Source: a bacterium UBP2_UBA2255
GTDB taxonomy: Bacteria > Edwardsbacteria > AC1 > EtOH8
Length of the DNA: 64,000 nucleotides
Assembly: GCA_002347565.1 (NCBI GenBank)
Contig: DDXR01000075.1
Span: forward strand, 13,932-77,931
Reading direction: 5' to 3'
Part shown: positions 27,400 through 37,900 of the stretch, one piece after another
Numbering within the stretch: the first letter of the stretch is position 1
Layout of the letters: each line of letters opens with the position of its first letter
The notes under the pieces: generated by a model
Told to the model about the DNA's origin: nothing
Seen by the model: the letters and a program-made list of their open reading frames with translations, nothing else
The model's database searches: none
Made by a program: the position numbers and the translations under genes

Positions 27400-28250
27400 C
27401 GGAACAGGTTCCCGCGAGCAGCTACCGTCACCTGGTCGCCGCTGCCGATCGCGATCAGGGATCCCCTCCCCGTTCCCGCGGCCCCGTCAGGCCAGGTCGA
27501 GCCTCGTCCCGGGTGGTGGCAGTCGAACACGTCCATCCGTCCTTCGGCGTCGACCGTCCACAGCCGGGAGTACGAGTCGAACGCCATCGCCGCCGGGCGC
27601 GCGCGAAAGCGCGCCAGGGCGCGGCCCCAGCCCGAGTGGAGAGCGATTGTGCCATCGGCCGGATCGGTCAGCGCGACCAGGTCGCCCGCCCTGGTGACGG
27701 CCATCGCCGGGCGCTGGCCGGCAGCGGCCGCGGGACCGATGGCGACCGAGAACTGCCGCACCGCCCTCCCGCGCGGATCGAACACGGAGATCTCTCGCCG
27801 CGGTTCATCGAGCACGAACAGGTCGCCGGCCGCCGTTACTGCGGCGGCGCTGGTGGTGCGTCCGGCCACCATGACCATCCCCCGGGGCTTGCCTTGTGAC
27901 GAGTAGAACCGGACGCTCTGTTCCCTGGCGTCCGCCAGGCAGAACCCCTCGTCGTACCCCGGGACCAGGAACGCATCGGGATTGCCGAGGCTGAGCTCGA
28001 ATCGCTGCAGGCAGGAATCGCCGTCCGGCTGAAACGACAGCAGCCGCCACCGGGAGGGGTCTGTGAGATAAACGGCTCCGGTCCGGTCGACCCAGACCGA
28101 TGCCGGCGACAGGTTTTCCGGGAACCGGCAGAGAACGGCGATCACGCCGTCGGGCGAGGGCGCCGCCCCCCCCGGGGACAGGCTGATCATCGGGGGGGCG
28201 CAGGCAAGCGCCGCCAGTGGCAAGAGCAGGGTAAGGGCGATGCGCGTCAT
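27390..28250 (-). CDS. Secreted/lipoprotein beta-propeller (NHL-like repeat) protein
   Basis: ATG at 28250 gives MTRIALTLLLPLAALACAPP. Repeated ...G.VYLTD / ...GDLFVLD / ...GDLVALTD blade-like segments. Confidence 0.5.
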   Translation of the reverse strand: MTRIALTLLLPLAALACAPPMISLSPGGAAPSPDGVIAVLCRFPENLSPASVWVDRTGAVYLTDPSRWRLLSFQPDGDSCLQRFELSLGNPDAFLVPGYDEGFCLADAREQSVRFYSSQGKPRGMVMVAGRTTSAAAVTAAGDLFVLDEPRREISVFDPRGRAVRQFSVAIGPAAAAGQRPAMAVTRAGDLVALTDPADGTIALHSGWGRALARFRARPAAMAFDSYSRLWTVDAEGRMDVFDCHHPGRGSTWPDGAAGTGRGSLIAIGSGDQVTVAARGNLFRCR

Positions 28251-28326
28251 GTCATTCGTCGCAAGCAAAATCCCCCGGTGCCTGGTGCCTGGGCAAGCAC
28301 GCGGAGGATCGCACTGTTCACCGGCA

Positions 28327-29109
28327 TCAGAATTCGCCGGCCAGTCTGAACGTGAGGTTGTCGCCGTTGCGGGCCGCATCGAGCCGCCAGTTGACGGCGC
28401 TGGCCCTGGCGTCCGGCCGCCGGTTGTGTCGCCGGGTCAGGCGGGCCGCATTGACGGACGACAGCACACGGTTGAGCAGGGCGCCTCCAGCCGCGTAGCT
28501 GATCCGCTGCAGGGCGCTCCGGCTCTTGATGCGGAGCGACCGGTAGGAATGCCACTCGCCGTCGGCCTGCCAACGCCATGCGTCAGCGGCGGTGTACAGC
28601 CGTCCCGACACCCACGCCGCCTGGGCCGCCGGATCGTCCGGGTAGTGCTCCCGGGCCTGGCGCCACTGGTCCTCGTTGTACCAGTCGCTGTTGGGGTATT
28701 CGTAGATATCACGGTAGTACTCGTCGTTCTCCCGGCTGAAGTTCGAACCGGCTTTCTGGGCGGCATAGTTCCGGTAGTCCCGTTTCCACATCTCGCCCTG
28801 GAACTTGGAGAACAGCGCGAAGCTCCAGATCAGGCCTTCGGCCGTGAAGAAGCCGACGGCGTGTCGTTGCTCGCCGGCGTAGTATTCGCCTGCGCCCGGC
28901 AGTGCCAGCGACATGAGGAATGCGGTCTTGATCGATTTCCGTCCGGCTGCTCGCGGCGCGGATTGCCGCTCCGGTTCCGGGGTTGCCGGCTGCTGCCGCG
29001 GGATATCGCGGATGATAATCTCGCCCGTAGCGGCGTCCGGCGCCGGGGCCTGTGCGGACAGGGTTGCGGCGACCGCGGCCAGCGCGAGGGCGGTAAAGAG
29101 CTGTTTCAT
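28327..29109 (-). CDS. Secreted hypothetical protein (DUF5683-like PGxGxxY motif)
   Basis: ATG at 29109 overlaps the M6 protease TGA (ATGA). Signal peptide MKQLFTALALAAVAATLSAQA. SLALPGAGEYYAG motif. Ends ...RLAGEF. Confidence 0.4.
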   Translation of the reverse strand: MKQLFTALALAAVAATLSAQAPAPDAATGEIIIRDIPRQQPATPEPERQSAPRAAGRKSIKTAFLMSLALPGAGEYYAGEQRHAVGFFTAEGLIWSFALFSKFQGEMWKRDYRNYAAQKAGSNFSRENDEYYRDIYEYPNSDWYNEDQWRQAREHYPDDPAAQAAWVSGRLYTAADAWRWQADGEWHSYRSLRIKSRSALQRISYAAGGALLNRVLSSVNAARLTRRHNRRPDARASAVNWRLDAARNGDNLTFRLAGEF

Positions 29110-32100
29110 TTGACCACCGCGATTTTGCATGATGCGCTCCCGCCGCCGGCGGCCTCCGCCCGGATGAAATACAACCCGGCGGCGATGTTCTCCAGGTCCC
29201 AGACATACTCGTTATCCACGCTTGCCTGGCCGTCGTGGGAGAATCGCCGCACCAGGTCGCCCGCCGCGTTGTACACCCTGAAATCGACCCGGGCCGCCTG
29301 GGTGAGGTAGTAGCGGATCCGCGTCGGCACGTTGCGGGCGGGGTTGGGATAGGCGTAGAGGTTTTGCAGAATGCCTCCCCTGACAACCACCGGGATCGCG
29401 GAGGCGTCGAATCTGAGCAGACCGGTGTGGGACTGGTCGTTGTGGAATCCGCACCACGGCTCGCGGCCTGCGGCATTCAGTGTGGCGTATCGCCAGATGT
29501 TTAGCCGGCCGTCGTCGCTGCCCACGGCCAGATAGCGGCCCAGGCCGGTCAAGGCCTGATCGGGAAAATACCGCGGCGTGGAATGCGTCTTCCCGCCGAT
29601 GGTCATCGGAAAACCGGCCGCAGCCGTCCCATCGCCGTTGAAGGCAACTAGATTCCCGTCAGGCGATCCGATGATAATCTCCGGCCGGCCGTCGGCATCG
29701 ACGTCGGCCAGCACCGGCGATGACTGTACGGCCTCCCCGGCTGAAACCGTTTTCGGGAACCCGGTCATCAACGTCCCGTTGTAATTGTAAGCATAAAGAC
29801 TGGCGCCGATGGCGACTGCAATGTCGGGGTAACCGTTGCCGTCAACGTCGCCCACTGCGGGCGAAGCGATCGCCGCCTGGCCATGCAGCACCGGCCAGCC
29901 CGGAAGCAGTCCGCCGCGGCCATCGATCACATAAACGCCCTTCTTGTTGCAGGCCACGATCTCCAGCCTGCCGTCCCGGTTGACGTCGGCGACCGCCACC
30001 GAGGAGCTGACCCAGTCCACCCACGGCGTCAACGCCGGAAATCCCGGTACATTTTGGCCGTTGCCCCGGAACGCGAACACCCGACTGTCGCCCGACAGGA
30101 TTACGATCTCGTTGCCGGGGTAAGCCGGATCGATATCGGCCACCGCGGCCGTGGAGCGGGTCTCCATGGTCAGGTCCCGGGGAAAACCGTCCAGGGGAGT
30201 TCCGTCATATCGCCAGACATGCAGCTTGCGGTCATCGCCGGCCACGATCACTTCCAGCGTATCGTCACCGTTGACGTCGCCCAGCGTCACCGAGGAATAG
30301 ATTGGGCCGTTGACGGACTGTGGCCAACCCGGCAAGAGGTTTGCTCTGCGTACCGAGAAGGTATCGCGATGCACGGTTGTGTCCAGTACCGTCTGCGGTG
30401 GCGTGAACCTGAAACCGTAGACCGCGCCCTGCGTCTGCGAGATGGCCGCTGCGATGAATACTTCAGGCTGCGAGTCGCGGTCGACATCTCCGACTGCCGG
30501 CGACGAGTAAATATTGCCAATAACCTTGGCGAATTCGGCATGTAATCTGACCGTGTCAGCGCCACCGGCGCGCACCAGCGTTGTGTCCTGGTTGAACAGT
30601 CCCGATCCGTCAAGCTTCCACGCATAGAGTGTGCCGCCGTTGTCGGGCAGCAGCACCACCGTTTGCTGGGAATCGGGCAGGAACGCGCAATTCGGGCTGT
30701 TCCAGTCGCAGGGGCCGTCCATCGCCGCCGGGAACCCGGGCAAGGCGTTGCCGACCCTGACCCGGGCGATCATGTTCTCGGCCGGGGACGAGATGTTGAA
30801 AATCGAGACATGGGTGCAAGACCCGTCGTTGGCCCGCGTGGCCGGGTCCGAGCCGTCGTCGAGGCGATCGTTGTTGCCGGCATAGTAGGCGTCGTAGGGG
30901 CTGGCGTAGGTGCCGTAGGGCGATCCGCCCCAGCGCTGCAAGTCCTGGATATGATCGGCCTCCACCAAATGGATGGCCTTGACCTCACCCACCTCCAGCG
31001 TGTTGTTTTCCCAGCGTCGCGCGATCAGGCTGTCGTCCACGTGCCACACCAGCAGGCCGCCCCGGCCCAGTTCGAACGGCAGGGAAAGGTCGTAATCGTC
31101 CACCTTGACCAGCACGCCGTTGCGCCAGACGCGGGCGCCGCTGGAATCAGAACCGGGGCCATGGATCAGGGAATCGGAAAAATCAACCTGGTTGCTGGGA
31201 TTGGACCAGGCCCGGCGGTTCTCGACCAGATAATACTCGCGGGAATTGAGCGGGATCTTGACTATGGCGTCGCGGTTCTTGGCCGCCCACTTGAAGGCCT
31301 GCAGGACGTCGTCACCCGGTTTGAGCACAACCGGATCTGCCCAGCCCAGGAAAACCTTGCACCAGGCCGAGAGGTGCGGCGGCACGTAGGCGTTGAGGTT
31401 CCAGGAGCCGTGCGACATCAGCTCCCACTCGCCCAGCCCCACCGAATTGAACTCGACGTCATAGAGGTCCGGCAGGCCCAGCTGGTGGCCGAACTCGTGG
31501 GCGATCTCTCCCTGCGACCCCAGCACCATGCCGTCCTGGCTCTGGGTCTCGGCGTTGATGCTGGCCTCATAGATGGTGTCGGCACCACCCCGGACGATGA
31601 TCGGGCTGGACTCGTCCATCCGGATGAACACCGCCGGCAGATCGGCGCCCCAAGGGTCGGTCTGCCACACCGAACCGGCGTGGATCAGCATCACCGCCTT
31701 GGGGATCTTGACGCCGCCGGCCCAGTGGCTGAACTGGCAGGTATCGGCGTCGGCCGCGGCCGCGGCGTCGCGTAGCAGCGTGTAGATGCCGGCGCCCCAA
31801 TTCTGCTGGTTGTTGTAGAAATCCGAGTAGAATGACATCTGGTGCGGCAGGTCGTAGGCCGTCTGGCGCCCCTTGGGCCACTGCTCGTACTCGATCCACA
31901 GCCTGCCGCTGGATACCGCCCAGTAGTAGTTGCGCAGGGCCAGCATCTGATTGTGGACATACCCGCTGTCGTGCGGCGGCTCGTATTCAAGGTTGTGCCC
32001 CTGGAGGGGGTCGCCATTGACATAGATCGGCTGGCCGTTGCCGACATAGTCGAATCGCCCGTTGCCGGTGGTATTCGGATCGTCATCCGGCACGAACTGG

Positions 32101-32366
32101 ACCTTGAGCACCAGCACCCGGACCGTATCGGTGGCCGCCGCCTTGCCCCTGGCGGCCGCGGCGGCCCGCCGGACCTGGCCCAGGATGTTGCGGCTGCTGA
32201 CCGCGTCATGGTAGCGACGCGGCTGGCTTTTCAGGTTGTTGAACAATTGCCGCGGTCCGTTCCATGCCTGTTTCAGCCGCAGCAGCTCGTTGCCGTCGGC
32301 CAGGGCCGCGCTGCCGATCAGCAGCGCGGCGACGGCCGCCGCGGCCCGGGTCGCGTGACGGGTCAC
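29106..32366 (-). CDS. M6 (immune inhibitor A-like) zinc metalloprotease with FG-GAP/VCBS-like repeats and T9SS-type C-terminal domain
   Basis: HEFGHQLGLPDLYD zinc motif. Repeated ...GDVDGDG/ADVNRDG/ADVDADG Ca-binding-like FG-GAP segments. C-terminal VDFRVYNAAGDLV...AAGLYFIRA...CKIAVVK. Confidence 0.8.
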   Translation of the reverse strand: MTRHATRAAAAVAALLIGSAALADGNELLRLKQAWNGPRQLFNNLKSQPRRYHDAVSSRNILGQVRRAAAAARGKAAATDTVRVLVLKVQFVPDDDPNTTGNGRFDYVGNGQPIYVNGDPLQGHNLEYEPPHDSGYVHNQMLALRNYYWAVSSGRLWIEYEQWPKGRQTAYDLPHQMSFYSDFYNNQQNWGAGIYTLLRDAAAAADADTCQFSHWAGGVKIPKAVMLIHAGSVWQTDPWGADLPAVFIRMDESSPIIVRGGADTIYEASINAETQSQDGMVLGSQGEIAHEFGHQLGLPDLYDVEFNSVGLGEWELMSHGSWNLNAYVPPHLSAWCKVFLGWADPVVLKPGDDVLQAFKWAAKNRDAIVKIPLNSREYYLVENRRAWSNPSNQVDFSDSLIHGPGSDSSGARVWRNGVLVKVDDYDLSLPFELGRGGLLVWHVDDSLIARRWENNTLEVGEVKAIHLVEADHIQDLQRWGGSPYGTYASPYDAYYAGNNDRLDDGSDPATRANDGSCTHVSIFNISSPAENMIARVRVGNALPGFPAAMDGPCDWNSPNCAFLPDSQQTVVLLPDNGGTLYAWKLDGSGLFNQDTTLVRAGGADTVRLHAEFAKVIGNIYSSPAVGDVDRDSQPEVFIAAAISQTQGAVYGFRFTPPQTVLDTTVHRDTFSVRRANLLPGWPQSVNGPIYSSVTLGDVNGDDTLEVIVAGDDRKLHVWRYDGTPLDGFPRDLTMETRSTAAVADIDPAYPGNEIVILSGDSRVFAFRGNGQNVPGFPALTPWVDWVSSSVAVADVNRDGRLEIVACNKKGVYVIDGRGGLLPGWPVLHGQAAIASPAVGDVDGNGYPDIAVAIGASLYAYNYNGTLMTGFPKTVSAGEAVQSSPVLADVDADGRPEIIIGSPDGNLVAFNGDGTAAAGFPMTIGGKTHSTPRYFPDQALTGLGRYLAVGSDDGRLNIWRYATLNAAGREPWCGFHNDQSHTGLLRFDASAIPVVVRGGILQNLYAYPNPARNVPTRIRYYLTQAARVDFRVYNAAGDLVRRFSHDGQASVDNEYVWDLENIAAGLYFIRAEAAGGGSASCKIAVVK

Positions 32367-32398
32367 GTCAAATCCCCCTTCCCTTCAGCCGTCCGCCC

Positions 32399-34900
32399 CT
32401 AGAACTTCGCCGACAGCGAGAATTTCCGGTTGTACTTCTGCAGTTCGCCGCCCGGTTCCATGGAGAAATCGAACTCGATGAATTTGTAACCCACTCCGAA
32501 CCCGAAAGTGGGGCCGATGATCTTGCCGACAAAATCGTATACGTAACCGCTGCGGACGGCCAGGTTCGCCGGCCCCAAGTACCAGTACTCGACGCCCCAG
32601 TGCTGGACCGCCTCCTCCAGCTCCGTGCGCCAGGGCCGGTTGAGGTAGACCACCGTCTTGGTCAGGTCGAACGCTGCCGTCAGCCGCGTGTACTTCCCAT
32701 CCAGCACGCGGTAGGCGATCCCGCCCCGGATGTTGCGGGACAGCGGGTCGGCCTGCTCGGCGGAAACGTACACCAAGTTGGGCCCCAGATTCTGCACGTT
32801 GAGGCCGACCGACATGCCCTTGATCGGGCCCCGGTAGAGGGCGCCCAGGTCGATGGCCCAGGTTGTGGCCACGCCCTTGCCCGAGGTCCCCTCGGGCGCG
32901 AACGGCGCCAGATGGGAGTGGATCAGCTTCAGGTTGATGCCGCCGGCCAGGTTCTCGTAGATCCGGTTGCCGTAGGACAGCACCGGCGAAAACTCGAAGC
33001 TGGAGAATACGCCCAGGTCCTCGCCCTGCGAGCCCGTGCGGTAGTTCTGACCCTCCGACAGGAAGATGATGCTGCCACCGAACACGCCCCAGTCCTTCAC
33101 CGGCTGGGCGTAGGCCATGAACTCGTAGTACATGTCTCCGACGTCGCCCCAGATCTCCGACAGCCATGGCGAATGCATCAGGGTCGCGTAGCGGACATCC
33201 CCCTTCATCTTCGCCAACTCGGCCGGGTACACCGCCTCCAGCAGGCGACGGTTCAGTTTCTGGACCTGGTCCTTGGACAGGTTGTCGATGCCGGCGTTCA
33301 CCAGCTCCTGCCCGTCATCGGGCAGCGCGTAGCCCGCGAACACGGCCGCACTGTAGAAATCCCTGCGGGATAGCACCGCATTCAGGTCCTCGACCAGCCG
33401 TTTTCTGACCGCAGCGGTCAGCGTCCGCCCTTGTGAATACTGGGCCAGAATATCCCGGCTGACCGGACTGAGCCGCGATCTGAGATGCTGGACAGGGGTC
33501 GGGTTGTCGCCGGCCCGCCGGAACACGCCGGGGAACGCATCCTCGAGCAGCGCCCGGTTGAGGCGGGCGGCCGGCCCTGGCATCAGCCGTTCGGCGATCA
33601 GCTCCCGCGTCGGTTCCGACAGCCGCACCGCGGTGAACCGCTCATCCTGGTAGAAATCCGGCGACAGCAGCAGCCGGTTGATGCCGTCGGCCAGCTGGCG
33701 GGCATCGGCGTCCGGCATCGGGGCGCTTCCGTCGTAGGACCGGGCGATCTGCTCGAGGTCGTCGGCCAGCTTGATCCTCAGGAAACCGGCCATGGTTTCG
33801 GCCGCCGGCCGGCTGCGGTACCCTGCCAGGGCACCGTCCAGCAGCGATTCCAGCAGGCTGCGGTTGACGATCCTGGTCTCCGCGGCGGGCAGCCGGCCGC
33901 TGTCATGGGCCAGCGCCAGCTCCGGCGCGAACAGCTCCAGCAGCACAATCCGGTTGAATCGCACCAGCTCCTGCCCCGTCAGTCTCCGCTCGCTCAGGGC
34001 GATGGTCGCAGAACTAACCTTGAGCGCTGCCAGCTCCTGCTGATCGGCGATTGCCCGGCCCCGGGAGATCTCCCTATTGATGATGCCTGCGAGCTTCTCC
34101 TGCAGCCTGGTCGCCGCGCCGGTACCCGGCTGGGCGTCCGCCGGCTGATTGCCAAGAGCCGCGGGGATCCGCTGGGACAGGCGCCGGGCAACGGCATTAT
34201 CGCCGGTCCGCAGCCGCTTGATCAAGGCCGCCGGATCCGGTATGTTGTCCGCGGTCAGCGTGTCCGGGATGGCCGGGACCAGCGCCTCGACCGCCGGCGG
34301 CGCCAGCGCCACACCCGGGAACGTTGAACGGCGGTAAAGGCCGGCGCGGTTGATCAGAATGTTGAGGGCGGCGACCAGCGCCGTCTCGCGGACTTCATCC
34401 GCCGTTCCGTCATCGGACCAGGCGTCGATCAGCGCGGTCTGCTCCGGCGCCAGCGCCGCCCGCAGCGCCCGCACCTCTTGTCGGGCCGTATCGCCGAGGA
34501 TTCGCGCCGTCCGGGGCCAATCGACGACATCGGACCGGGCCACCAGCGGGGACGATGTCAGCACAACCAGCAGCCGCCCGGGATCGGCGATATCGCCGTC
34601 CGCCAGCATGTAGGTGCTGTCGCTTTCCCGGAAACTGTCCAGCAGCCGGGGCCAGTCCCTGACATCGCTCGCCGACAGCGTCGGGGTTCCGGTCTTGAGG
34701 AAGGCCAGCCCGGCCGGGTTGAAGTACGTGGCCGAGGCGTCGTCGGCCACCGCGGCGAAAGCCGAGCCCATGCCGCACGCCCGGGCGCCGGGACGGATCA
34801 GCAGGAAGATGGCGCCCCCTTCGGAGATGGCCGGCGCGTTCCCCTGCCAGACGCAGAGGATCGCCACGATCGCTGCCAGGAAAGATGCCGATGTACGCAT
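32399..34900 (-). CDS. PorV-like outer-membrane beta-barrel with a ~500-aa internal repeat-containing insertion
   Basis: N-terminal IRPGARACGMGSAFAAVADDASATYFNPAG (PorV/PorQ signature). C-terminal ~250 aa are strand-like and end ...FSLSAKF. A helix-rich insert lies between aa ~70 and ~575. Sits directly downstream of the PorU-like gene. Confidence 0.6.
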   Translation of the reverse strand: MRTSASFLAAIVAILCVWQGNAPAISEGGAIFLLIRPGARACGMGSAFAAVADDASATYFNPAGLAFLKTGTPTLSASDVRDWPRLLDSFRESDSTYMLADGDIADPGRLLVVLTSSPLVARSDVVDWPRTARILGDTARQEVRALRAALAPEQTALIDAWSDDGTADEVRETALVAALNILINRAGLYRRSTFPGVALAPPAVEALVPAIPDTLTADNIPDPAALIKRLRTGDNAVARRLSQRIPAALGNQPADAQPGTGAATRLQEKLAGIINREISRGRAIADQQELAALKVSSATIALSERRLTGQELVRFNRIVLLELFAPELALAHDSGRLPAAETRIVNRSLLESLLDGALAGYRSRPAAETMAGFLRIKLADDLEQIARSYDGSAPMPDADARQLADGINRLLLSPDFYQDERFTAVRLSEPTRELIAERLMPGPAARLNRALLEDAFPGVFRRAGDNPTPVQHLRSRLSPVSRDILAQYSQGRTLTAAVRKRLVEDLNAVLSRRDFYSAAVFAGYALPDDGQELVNAGIDNLSKDQVQKLNRRLLEAVYPAELAKMKGDVRYATLMHSPWLSEIWGDVGDMYYEFMAYAQPVKDWGVFGGSIIFLSEGQNYRTGSQGEDLGVFSSFEFSPVLSYGNRIYENLAGGINLKLIHSHLAPFAPEGTSGKGVATTWAIDLGALYRGPIKGMSVGLNVQNLGPNLVYVSAEQADPLSRNIRGGIAYRVLDGKYTRLTAAFDLTKTVVYLNRPWRTELEEAVQHWGVEYWYLGPANLAVRSGYVYDFVGKIIGPTFGFGVGYKFIEFDFSMEPGGELQKYNRKFSLSAKF

Positions 34901-34981
34901 GATGGGGTGCTCCTTGTGTGTGACTGCGGTGGGTGCCGATGGCGTCGTCGTTGAGATCGAGCGGTCGTGCGCAGGCGGGTG

Positions 34982-37900
34982 TCAGCGCATCACGGTCAGC
35001 CGGCCGAAAGCGCTGTCCTCGCCGCTGGCGTTCTTGGCCGTGACCTTGTACAAGTAGACTCCGTTGGCCGGCCGGTCGCCGTCGCCGTCCAGCCCGTCCC
35101 AGCGAACCTGGTTGTATCCCGCCGCCAGGGCCGGGGACTCGATCGTCCGGATCAGCCGTCCGGCAACGGTGTACACCCTGATCGTGACGTCCGCCGCTTG
35201 CCTGATATTGAAGGTGAACCACGTCCGGTCAGCGAAGGGATTGGGATAGTTGTAGACGTGGTCGACCTTCAACTGCTGGGTTCCGGCGACGATAACCGCC
35301 TGCTCCCAGACTGCCCGGTTCAGGTGGCAATCGTAGGCCTCGACCCGTATCGTGTGCCGGCCGTCCCCGAAGGCCTTGGTGAGCGACACCGTACCGCTGC
35401 TGTCGCTTCCCGACTCGTACAGGAACTGCTGCGACAGGTCGCTGTAGTCCCCGTTGTCGAACCGGATCCGGATCTCTCCCTCGGCCACACCCGGGGCGAT
35501 GTTGATGCCCAGAGGATCCGTGATCCGCACCGTGATCCGGGCCGCGGGATCGACCGTGTCCCCGCCGGCGACCGGCAGCCCGTTGACCGCGACCTCGATG
35601 GCCGGCCCGCGCCGATCGTTGGGCCGGGTGGTATCGGCACCCCCGATCCAGACGGTGCCGGCGGAGACGCCGGCGGCGTCGGTCGGGCCGCTCCAGGCGT
35701 AGGCGCTGATGCGGGCGCCGGCGGCCGGGGTGCTGTGCAGCAGGTCGGGGACATTGAACGACAGGCTGAAGCTGTCGTTGCGGACCGGAGCCAACCCCTG
35801 GAACAGCAGTTTCCCGGGCCTGGTGAATTTGCAGTAGCCGTAGATGCCGTACGGGCCGGTGCTGTCCCGGCGGGCGACGTCGAACAGCGCCACCTGCACC
35901 TGCCCGGCGGCGATCGTCCCGCCGCCGACGGCCCCGCTGACCGTGTAGCGGCCGCGGCTCAGCAGCGTGTCGCTGCTGACGGCAAGGGTCAGCAGCCCGG
36001 CTGGCTTGACGTGCCTGAGGCTGGGGTCGCCGAGGAGGACGAACGACGAGTTCAGGTTCTGCTCCGCGATGTTGAACTTGGCGCCAAAGAACGCCTGCCC
36101 CATGTCGTTGTCGGGGGACGCGAACACCCGGCTGTAGAAATTCTGGGCGAACGATATGCCGTCCGTCGTCTCCCGCATCGCGCCGATGGTGGCGACCGCG
36201 CCGCCGCCCTGCCTGACGACCAGCGCCGACCCGATGGCCTCGTTGCTGGGATTGTCGTACCGGGAAGTGCCGCACGAGGCCATCACCACCAGCGGCAGCC
36301 GGTCGCTGTTTGCCAGTTTTGGCACATCGGTGTAGCGGAAGTACTGCTCGTGGCCCCAGACAAACCAGGCGCCGTGGCCGGTGAAATGGACAACCGCCGC
36401 GCCCTCGTCCCACTGTCGCAGCAACGCCTCGGTGGCGGCCGGCTTCGTTTCCTGGCTGGACAGCGGAAACTCCTGCATCTCGCCGTACACCTTGCGGAGG
36501 TCGTAGGTTGACGGCAGGTACGCGCTGCCTATGCTTTCTGTCTGGTTCGTATGCTGCAGCTCATTTGTCAACTCGGCCCGCTTATACGCGTCGTCGGCCA
36601 TCAGCACAGCCCTGTTGCGCCACGGGCCCAGCCCGTTCCGCTGGTTGTAGCCGATCGACTTGTTGACCGAGCTCCAGGCCTCGGCGGCGTTCCTGGCCGG
36701 GATCCTGCCCACCACGAACTGTGGGTACGTGCTGTCGACGCGGGCGAACCAGTCGTCGTTGGCGCTGAATAGGTACTCGCCGATATTGTCGTACTTCAGG
36801 ATGTCGGCCTGGTGGCTGGGGACCAGGTCCTGGTCCGGGGAGCTGCGGTCGATCCACCGGTAATCGTAGCTGCCATCGCCCAGCAGGCAGCACCAGGCTG
36901 GGCTGGTGCGGGCCGGCGCCGAGTTGAGGTAGATGTGCCTGAGGAAGTTCCGCAGCGCCGATGGGTCCCTCAGCCCGAAGCCGAACTCATCGTACACCGC
37001 CGACAGCTTGACCGCCCGGGCTGGATGCTTGCCCGGCTGGGTCGAATGGTAGCCGGCCAGGGCTTGGGCCTGGGGCCAGAGCTCGTCGGCGGCGACCACC
37101 AGGTACTTGGTGCCCAGCATCGTCTGGCGCAATCGCTGGGGCTGCCATGCCTGCACCGCCAGCGGCGTCAGCCAGGACTCCGGGGCGGCGCAGAAGTACC
37201 GTCTGCCGGCAGCGGCGTCCTCGAACTCGGTGTAGGCCGCGAAGCGCGCGGGCGTTGTGATCCAGACCGGCCGGTCGGGGTCGGTGACGTCGAGGAGCGC
37301 CGCCCGGTCAGACAGCAGGCCGGTAAGGCGGAACCTGACCTGCCCGGTGTGCGCCGGATCGGCCCGGAAGGCCAGCTGGCGGTTGTGGGCTTGGTACGGT
37401 CGCTGGCAGACAATCTCGAACCAGTTGAGCAGCACGGCGTCGGAACTGCCGGCCGCGGCCTGCACCAAGTCGATGTCCAGGGTGTTCTGCCCCCCGGCCA
37501 GCCCGGAGACGGCCGCCTGGTCGGTACGCTGGCCGGCCGCGGGCGACCCGGTCCAGGCGAAATCCTTCACGGCCGTGCCGTTGATCCCCCAGCGCAGATT
37601 ATGGCTGGTGGCCGCCGTCCCGGACAGCAGGTTGACCCGCGCCTGCGCCTGGTCCGACGAGACGTACGGCACGAAGAAGGGGAACGTGAACCGCCGTACC
37701 TGCTCGTTTCCGTACCTGGCCATGTGCTGCCAGAACCACAGCTCGCCGGAGTTGAACGGATTGACGCGGTCCAGCTCGAAGTGCGCGGTATCGGTGAACG
37801 CCAACGGCTGCGCCGCCCCCGGGGTGACCGGCTGGCCATCGCGCGTCGCCATCCGCAGGCCGGGCGCGCCGCCCCAGCAAAGCCAGTAGCAGTTGACGCT

